Below are positions 58,187-64,000 of a stretch of 64,000 bases of DNA, in pieces. The stretch's first letter is position 1, and each line of letters begins with the position of its first letter. Origin of the DNA: an uncultured bacterium (lineage in GTDB: Bacteria; Krumholzibacteriota; Krumholzibacteriia; LZORAL124-64-63); contig CAVSGO010000007.1 of NCBI GenBank assembly GCA_963727525.1, positions 2,208,001 through 2,272,000 on the forward strand, in the 5' to 3' direction. A program made the position numbers and the translations under genes. The notes beneath the pieces are model-generated. The model was not told where the DNA came from. It saw only the letters and a program-made list of their open reading frames with translations, and made no database searches.

Positions 58187-59600
58187 GATCCGGCCGGTAC
58201 TCGTAGAGGTAGAAGTTCTCGTAATAATTCAGAAGTAGAGGGTCGGTGACCTCGTAACGCAGGGTCAGCTGTGCCGCGCCTGGGTCCGCAAGCGGGTGGT
58301 TCAGGACGAGCATGGCTCCCGGTTTCCAGCCAGGTGCATGAGCACAACGCGATAGCACCTCGTCCGGCGGCAACTTCTGATTGTCACCCCATTGCTTGTC
58401 GAAGACGATGAACGTGCCCTTCGCCTGGATGTCCGCGTACCAGAATTTCGTGTGTGGCAGGTACGGCAGGATCGCGCTCGTGGGAGCGGACTCGTAGGCG
58501 AAAAACGGTCGATCCTCCAGCCCGTGCTCATTGATGTAGCTCGCCACCGACCGCGAACCCGAGAAGAGACCGCGTGCGTCATACCAGTGCGCGTGCACGG
58601 CGTACGGCAGCGACAGGATGAACGTCACGCCGCAGATCGCAAGCGTCGCCCGCCACAGGCGGTCGCGATCCGCCTGCCGCTCCTCGTTGGCAATCCAGAG
58701 CGCGAACACGAAAAAGATCAACAGGAACCCATGGTGGCGAAGTTCGCCGCCGTGCTTCGTGACGAAGACGGCGAAGGGGCCAGCGAGCCCGCACGCCAGC
58801 AACCACAGTGCGGCCTTGGAACGGCGCCAGAGCATGACGACGGCGACAGCCGGAAGGATCACCAGCACGGCCAGCACCTGGTTGGGAAAGCCGGGCAGGA
58901 ACGCGTCCTTCAACGCCAGAACTGGCGCGAGCACCTTGAAGTTCAGCTTTTCGCCGATGAGCGCGTTCGGAGTCGAAGACCGGAGTTGCAGGAGCGCGAG
59001 CAGCCCGCCGAGCACCATCACACCGGCGGCGACGAGGCCACGACGCGGCATGTAACCACGGCGGGCCAGGTCGACGAGGAAGAGAACGCCGATGGCGAAC
59101 GCCATGCTCAGCGAATGGACGTTCGTGTTGGCGAGCAGGGCGACCGCGAGTCCGTAGACGAGCGGCCTCTCGAAACGGTGCCGATACATCGCTGCCATGA
59201 AGAAGAGCAGGACGATGGTGATATTGTAGTTCCGGGCGATCACCGCGTATTCGTAAGACATGTAGTACGAGAAGATGAAGAGCACCTTGAACCAGAGCGG
59301 AAACGGGGCGCGCCAGAGCAGCAGCGCCACGGCCGCGATGGCGATCAGCACGTGCAGCACATGCTCTGCCGCGAATGGCGCTCCGAAATGGGCGAACGGG
59401 TAGAGCATCAGGTGCCACAGCGCCGGCGTGCCCTCGAGCCCCATCATCCCGATCACCCCGGGCAGCGGCAGGTCCCTGGCGATCATCCACGCCTGGCCCT
59501 CGTCCCGCCACGGTTCGTGGTGGGCGGCCGAGAACGCGACCAGCGCGGCATAGAGGACGAGAATGACAACGGGAATCCAACGCGGATGCGAGTGCGGCAT
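58131..59600 (-). CDS. multi-pass membrane protein, GT-C-like glycosyltransferase candidate
   Basis: HHEPWRDEGQAWMIARD loop after TM1 (DE motif), EGTPALW, YEYAVIARNY, about 11 TM segments. Confidence 0.75.
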   Translation of the reverse strand: MPHSHPRWIPVVILVLYAALVAFSAAHHEPWRDEGQAWMIARDLPLPGVIGMMGLEGTPALWHLMLYPFAHFGAPFAAEHVLHVLIAIAAVALLLWRAPFPLWFKVLFIFSYYMSYEYAVIARNYNITIVLLFFMAAMYRHRFERPLVYGLAVALLANTNVHSLSMAFAIGVLFLVDLARRGYMPRRGLVAAGVMVLGGLLALLQLRSSTPNALIGEKLNFKVLAPVLALKDAFLPGFPNQVLAVLVILPAVAVVMLWRRSKAALWLLACGLAGPFAVFVTKHGGELRHHGFLLIFFVFALWIANEERQADRDRLWRATLAICGVTFILSLPYAVHAHWYDARGLFSGSRSVASYINEHGLEDRPFFAYESAPTSAILPYLPHTKFWYADIQAKGTFIVFDKQWGDNQKLPPDEVLSRCAHAPGWKPGAMLVLNHPLADPGAAQLTLRYEVTDPLLLNYYENFYLYEYRPDLTQAVSPHPSHPPAATTR

Positions 59601-59746
59601 CGTATTCCTTCTCGAATCGGCAGATCGGGTACGGCGCGGGTCGGAGCCCGTCAATTATACCGGCTTCCACGGCCGCTCACCAGGCTATCCTGTTCAAACG
59701 CTGTTCGATCGGTTATCTTGCCGTCGGCGTTAGCGATGACTTCAAG

Positions 59747-59776
59747 TTGATGTGACGCCATGTTCTTTGCTATAAT
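59747..59776 (+). promoter_or_regulatory. sigma70 promoter for gtrA operon
   Basis: TTGATG-18 nt-TATAAT with an extended TG. Confidence 0.55.
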
Positions 59777-59835
59777 ATCCTATTCACGGCGCCGCGCTGG
59801 CGCACACTCACGGCGCCAACGACGGGGTCGCGGCA

Positions 59836-60258
59836 TTGTCACTGGCCAAGGCGTTTCGCGGCGCGACCGACAGCACGCTGATCCAGCTATTCCGCTATCT
59901 CTTCGTGGGCGGAACGGCCTTCGTGGTCGATTTCGGGTCGCTCTGGTTCCTGGCCGGCGTCGTCGGCATCCACTACCTGGTGGCCGCCGCCCTGGCGTTC
60001 ATCCTGGGGCTGGTGACCAATTACGCCCTGAGCATCCGGTGGGTCTTCTCGTCCCGGACGATGGGCAATCGCCTGCTCGAGTTCACCGTGTTCGGCGCGA
60101 TCGGGCTCGTGGGCCTCGGCCTGAATGAGCTCGTGATCTGGCAGTGCACCGAGAGTCTGGGGTTCTATTACCTCGTGTCCAAGGTCGTCGCCTCCGCGAT
60201 CGTCCTGTTCTGGAACTTCTTCGCCCGCAAGTACGCCCTTTTTCGGCAGGAGCGCTGA
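59836..60258 (+). CDS. GtrA family protein
   Basis: [34 protein letters not shown]; 4 TM segments. Confidence 0.92.
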   Translation: MSLAKAFRGATDSTLIQLFRYLFVGGTAFVVDFGSLWFLAGVVGIHYLVAAALAFILGLVTNYALSIRWVFSSRTMGNRLLEFTVFGAIGLVGLGLNELVIWQCTESLGFYYLVSKVVASAIVLFWNFFARKYALFRQER

Positions 60259-60262
60259 CGCG

Positions 60263-61876
60263 ATGAAGCGAGCCATCATCATCGGGGCGGGCCCCGCGGG
60301 GCTGACGGCCGCCTACGAACTGCTCGACCGCACCGACATCAAGCCCATCGTCTTCGAGGCGAGCTACGCGATTGGCGGCATCTCGCGCACGGTCAACTAC
60401 AAGGGCAATCGCATCGACATCGGCGGGCACCGGTTCTTCTCCAAGTCCGGACGCGTGATGGACTGGTGGGTGAACATCCTGCCACTGCAGGGCGCCCCTG
60501 CGCGCGACGACCGTATCCTCGATCGGTCCGTGCCGGTGGCCGAGAGCTGCGCCTGCCGCGCGATCGGCGCCCCGGAGCCCCGGACCGTCCCGGCGCCGGA
60601 TCCCGAACAGGTGGACGAGGTGATGCTCTATCGCTCCCGCCTGTCGCGGATCTTCTACCTGCGGCGGTTCTTCAACTACCCCGTCGCACTGACCTTGCAG
60701 ACGGTGCGCAACCTCGGCCTCCTGCGCATGGCGCGCATCGGCTTCAGCTACATGTGGGCCCGCCTCTTCCCCATCCGCCACGAGCGCTCCCTCGAGGACT
60801 TCTTCATCAACCGCTTCGGCCGCGAACTCTACGGCACGTTCTTCAAGGACTACACGGAGAAGGTCTGGGGCGTGCCGTGCCACATGATCAAGCCCGAATG
60901 GGGCGCCCAGCGCATCAAGGGCCTGTCCGTGACGAAGGCGATCCTGCATGCCGCGCGCAGCATGGCCGGCCGCGACCGTTCCGTCAGTCAGAAGAACGTC
61001 GAGACCAGCCTGATCGAGCAGTTCCTGTACCCCAAGTTCGGCCCGGGCCAGATGTGGGAGGAAGTGACGCAACGCATCGTGGCAGCGGGTGGCGAGGTGC
61101 ACATGGGGCAGCGCTGCGTCGGCATGACGGTGGCCGACGGCCGGGTGACGGCGGTCACGATCCAGGACGAGGCGACGGGCACGGTCACCACGCACGAAGG
61201 CGATCATGTATTCTCCACGATGCCCGTGAAGGATCTGATCGCACAGATGGACGGCGACGTCCCGGAGAACGTACGTGAGGTCGCCGCGGGGCTGCAGTAC
61301 CGCGACTTCATCACCGTGGGACTCTTGCTGGACAAGCTGCTGATCAGCAACGAGACGGCGCTGCGTACCGTCAACGATCTCGTGCCCGACAACTGGATCT
61401 ACATCCAGGAGCGCGACGTCCGCCTCGGCCGCTTGCAGATCTTCAACAACTGGAGCCCGTACATGGTCGCCGACTCGGCCAAGGTCTGGATCGGGCTCGA
61501 GTACTTCTGCAACGAGGGCGACGACCTCTGGTCGATGGACGACGAGACATTTGCGAACTTCGCCGAGGCCGAGCTGGCCAAGATCGGCATCATCGACCGC
61601 ACCGACGTCCGCGACCACGTCGTCATCCGCATGCCGAAGACCTACCCGGCCTACTTCGGCACCTACGATCGGTTCGCCGAGGTGCGCACCTTCGTCGACT
61701 CGCTGGAGAACATCCTCCTCATCGGCCGCAACGGCATGCACCGCTACAACAACCAGGACCATTCCATGCTCACGGCCATGACCGCGGTCGACAACATCGT
61801 GCGCGGCGTGCGGGGAATGACGGGCATCTGGGACGTCAATGTCGAGAAGGAATACCACGAGGAAAAGTCGTCCTGA
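60263..61876 (+). CDS. FAD-dependent oxidoreductase (UDP-galactopyranose mutase/HemY-like)
   Basis: [50 protein letters not shown]. Confidence 0.88.
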   Translation: MKRAIIIGAGPAGLTAAYELLDRTDIKPIVFEASYAIGGISRTVNYKGNRIDIGGHRFFSKSGRVMDWWVNILPLQGAPARDDRILDRSVPVAESCACRAIGAPEPRTVPAPDPEQVDEVMLYRSRLSRIFYLRRFFNYPVALTLQTVRNLGLLRMARIGFSYMWARLFPIRHERSLEDFFINRFGRELYGTFFKDYTEKVWGVPCHMIKPEWGAQRIKGLSVTKAILHAARSMAGRDRSVSQKNVETSLIEQFLYPKFGPGQMWEEVTQRIVAAGGEVHMGQRCVGMTVADGRVTAVTIQDEATGTVTTHEGDHVFSTMPVKDLIAQMDGDVPENVREVAAGLQYRDFITVGLLLDKLLISNETALRTVNDLVPDNWIYIQERDVRLGRLQIFNNWSPYMVADSAKVWIGLEYFCNEGDDLWSMDDETFANFAEAELAKIGIIDRTDVRDHVVIRMPKTYPAYFGTYDRFAEVRTFVDSLENILLIGRNGMHRYNNQDHSMLTAMTAVDNIVRGVRGMTGIWDVNVEKEYHEEKSS

Positions 61877-61895
61877 ACCTCAAAGCGCACGCAGT

Positions 61896-62801
61896 TCAGA
61901 TTCTCCCCCGCAGGCGCCGATTCTCCGCCATGATCTCCCGAAAACGGCGTTGCCCGACCCGGCGCAGCGGATACGTGAGGTAGTAGCGCAGCCGATACCA
62001 AAGGCGCCGCGACGCCGTGGTATTCCGGCGGGACGCTGGATGGCCCTTGCCATTGATGCTGCGACCATACTTGCCTACCAGGGGGAGCTGGTAGATGGCG
62101 GCGGGGCTGTTGTCGGTAAGACCGAAACGGTCGTAGAGCGGCGCGTCGGCGAAGTAGAGGTTCACGCCGCCGGCCGTGCAGTGGATCAGCTCGTAGCCCT
62201 TCTCGCGGCCGAGGTCCACGAGACTCTGGATCGAGGCGCTGTGAAAGTCGTCGCCAGCCCACCTCAGGTCGGCATCGTAGTCCACCACGAACCGCCGGGG
62301 AGGCGGATAGCTGGCATTGAACTCGATGCAAACGATCCGCGGACGCACCGACGCGATGGCGCGCCAGACGTGGTAGTCGTTGCCGTCGATGTCGATGACC
62401 ATGATGTCGGGCCGAGGTGGGCAATCCGACGCGCGGATGATCGCGTCGATGTTTTCCGGGGACACATAAGCTTCCACGGTCTGCACGTTCTCGCGCGCGG
62501 CGTGGTTCTGCCGCGACCGCCGGGCGTGGTCCGGTTCCCCCTCGATCAACAGCGCGCCGAACCCGTGCCGCTCGATGAGGTTGCGCACCACGAGGTGTCG
62601 CCAGCCGTCACCCGCCCCGAACTCGATGCAGTACCGGTTCTCGGCACCGATGATCTCCAGGATCCGCTCGATGACACCCTCATCGACCTCGCCGTAAGGC
62701 TCGGAGATCTCGTACTCGTACGGCGTGAGCGGTAGCATCTTCGGCTGCAACGACGCGAGCAAGCGCGGCAAGGCAAACTCCTCGACTGGTGAGGGTCGCA
62801 A
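61896..62801 (-). CDS. FkbM-like SAM methyltransferase-fold protein
   Basis: CIEFGAGDG, LIEG, IDIDGNDYHVW, PRIVCIEFN, KGYEL. Start uncertain (62801 or 62738). Confidence 0.75.
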   Translation of the reverse strand: MRPSPVEEFALPRLLASLQPKMLPLTPYEYEISEPYGEVDEGVIERILEIIGAENRYCIEFGAGDGWRHLVVRNLIERHGFGALLIEGEPDHARRSRQNHAARENVQTVEAYVSPENIDAIIRASDCPPRPDIMVIDIDGNDYHVWRAIASVRPRIVCIEFNASYPPPRRFVVDYDADLRWAGDDFHSASIQSLVDLGREKGYELIHCTAGGVNLYFADAPLYDRFGLTDNSPAAIYQLPLVGKYGRSINGKGHPASRRNTTASRRLWYRLRYYLTYPLRRVGQRRFREIMAENRRLRGRI

Positions 62802-62877
62802 TCGCGACGCGCAGTATACGCAGGCAATCCCCCGCCGTGCAAGCTAGCGTCGAAATTCGAGGCAGGCCGCCGGGCGC

Positions 62878-63045
62878 CTACTGCGCCAGATCCGTGGGAT
62901 TGAGACGCTGCGCGTGGAAGTCCTGCGAGTCGGCCGGTTCTCCGACCCGATCACCGGCGGTCGCACTCCACTGCGGGATACCGGTTGGATTGATCGGCTG
63001 GACGACGGTTCGCGCGTCATTGCCGTGCAACTCGGCATAGATCAC
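62878..63045 (-). pseudogene. 55-aa ORF, probable relic of a DIYAQR-type repeat surface protein
   Basis: Manual translation MIYAELHGNDARTVVQPINPTGIPQWSATAGDRVGEPADSQDFHAQRLNPTDLAQ*, containing two internally similar units (VVQPINPTGIPQW / HAQRLNPTDLAQ). Confidence 0.35.
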
Positions 63046-63225
63046 GATTGCCCCTCGGCCGACGTCCGGCGACCACCCGCGCGACCGCGGGAAAGAGCTA
63101 CGGGTCGGCGAGCGCGAGACTGCAATAGATCAAATACATCGCCATATCGCAACTCTGCGCTGGGGCCGACGGGCCGGCCATCGTTTCGGGCTTCCGGTCG
63201 CCGATCAGCCAGCTGCCGGGAGCGA

Positions 63226-63738
63226 TCATCTCCTGGGCGGACCACAGGAGCCCGCGCCAAGCGACCTTGCCAGGAAGTCGTTCACGGCTTCCAGGAGGGC
63301 GTGGTTGGGCTCGCCCGTCTTGAAACTCGGCGTCCACCCCGGGACGGCCGCGATCCGCTCGCGAAGTTCCGCGATGTCGTTCACGAGCAGCACGCGGTTC
63401 GCCGCGGCGAGGTACTGGCCAAGCTCCACTTGGTGATCGTCGGGGTGCTCGTTCAGTGCCGCCAGACGCGGCACCAGGACGACCTTCTTGCGCAGGCCGA
63501 GGCAAAGGTCCACGGTGCCGGTTCCGGCGTGACAGATGACGAACTCGGCGTCCTGGATCCGCCGGTGCAGATCCTCGCGAGGGACGAAACGCGCGTGCCC
63601 GCAGTGCTGCGGCTCGTACGTGGAGAACCCGATCTGGGCGAAGGCAGCGCCGAGCAGACCCGCCGCCGCGAGGGTATCTACCTCACGCAGCAATCTGCTG
63701 AAGTCGTTACGCGTGCTGCCGACGCTGACCAGGATCAC
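63226..63738 (-). CDS. PssE/Cps14G (Alg13-like) glycosyltransferase subunit
   Basis: ILVSVGS..DFSRL, AQIG, VICHAGTG, VPR..LNEHPDDHQ. GTG start after GGAGG. Confidence 0.88.
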   Translation of the reverse strand: MILVSVGSTRNDFSRLLREVDTLAAAGLLGAAFAQIGFSTYEPQHCGHARFVPREDLHRRIQDAEFVICHAGTGTVDLCLGLRKKVVLVPRLAALNEHPDDHQVELGQYLAAANRVLLVNDIAELRERIAAVPGWTPSFKTGEPNHALLEAVNDFLARSLGAGSCGPPRR

Positions 63739-63781
63739 GAAGCCTCCCTCGACGGACGCCCGCACATATGGGCCCCGAACA

Positions 63782-64000
63782 TCACATGTTCTCGTAGAGT
63801 GCGCCGAGAAACCGCGCGCGCGGGTAGAACGCCAGCAGCGCCTCATGCTGGACGAGGAACCGATCGGCCAGTCGGTAGCACACCTTGCCGGACATGCTCG
63901 GGCGCCGTATTCGCGCGAAGGTCTCGATGAAAAGGGTCCGCCGGCCGCCGAGCCTGGCCAGCAGGAACGCGGGAATCGCGATCCCCGCGCCCGTACTCAC
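63782..64000 (-). CDS. PssD/Cps14F (Alg14-like) glycosyltransferase subunit, C-terminal part
   Basis: STGAGIAIP, FIETFARI..PSMSGK, ADRFLVQH. Truncated by the window end. Confidence 0.88.
   Translation of the reverse strand: MSTGAGIAIPAFLLARLGGRRTLFIETFARIRRPSMSGKVCYRLADRFLVQHEALLAFYPRARFLGALYENM

Noticed and set aside
665-62735. Many long antisense or alternate-frame ORFs (e.g. 665-2845, 4355-6409, 10353-12311, 18701-20767, 25365-27596, 39749-42394, 43802-45604, 56252-58084, 60083-61858)
   Set aside because: Shadow ORFs of real genes caused by high GC3 and stop-codon scarcity. They are low-complexity Arg/Gly/Ala/His-rich, have no motifs and overlap well-supported CDSs.
63015-63045. MIYAELH resembling the DnaE2 N-terminus
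   Set aside because: Not followed by the S.FSFL..ASHPEEL PHP motif, and on the wrong strand and position relative to imuB.
1-64000. CRISPR array, cas genes, tRNA/rRNA, integrase or transposase
   Set aside because: No regularly spaced direct repeats, RNA-gene signatures or recombinase motifs seen by eye. A formal scan was not run.

Overview
GC-rich bacterial chromosomal segment. The lineage is probably an FCB-group candidate phylum (Krumholzibacteria/Latescibacteria/Eisenbacteria-like). That is an inference from four secreted proteins with PNPFNP...K* FlgD-Ig/T9SS-like C-terminal domains and two with a short TWGxxKxxFx* tail. Gene content in order: TPP riboswitch-controlled TonB receptor (partial), PAS hybrid kinase, gpmI, lemA-TPM-TPM-sppA, prpE, HDOD-REC-GGDEF cyclase, liuABCD plus a deaminase, signal peptidase I, STAS protein, TolC-MFP-RND pump, standalone PDC sensor plus MCP, pentose-phosphate cluster (tkt-rpiB-tal/pgi-gnd-zwf with convergent pgl), lexA, imuA-imuB without dnaE2, and glycosylation genes. 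The most notable unannotated signals are: (1) a candidate LexA operator AGAC-N4-GTCT in identical promoter register upstream of both lexA and imuA; (2) the TWG C-terminal motif as a possible sorting signal, carried by one diheme protein among others; (3) a 144-bp MITE-like element with a collapsed relative right after imuB; (4) sigma28-type promoters on three signalling loci; (5) an uncharacterised two-gene module at 49880-50418; (6) degenerate gene relics. No rRNA, tRNA, CRISPR array or transposase was seen. All calls were made by eye, without database searches.
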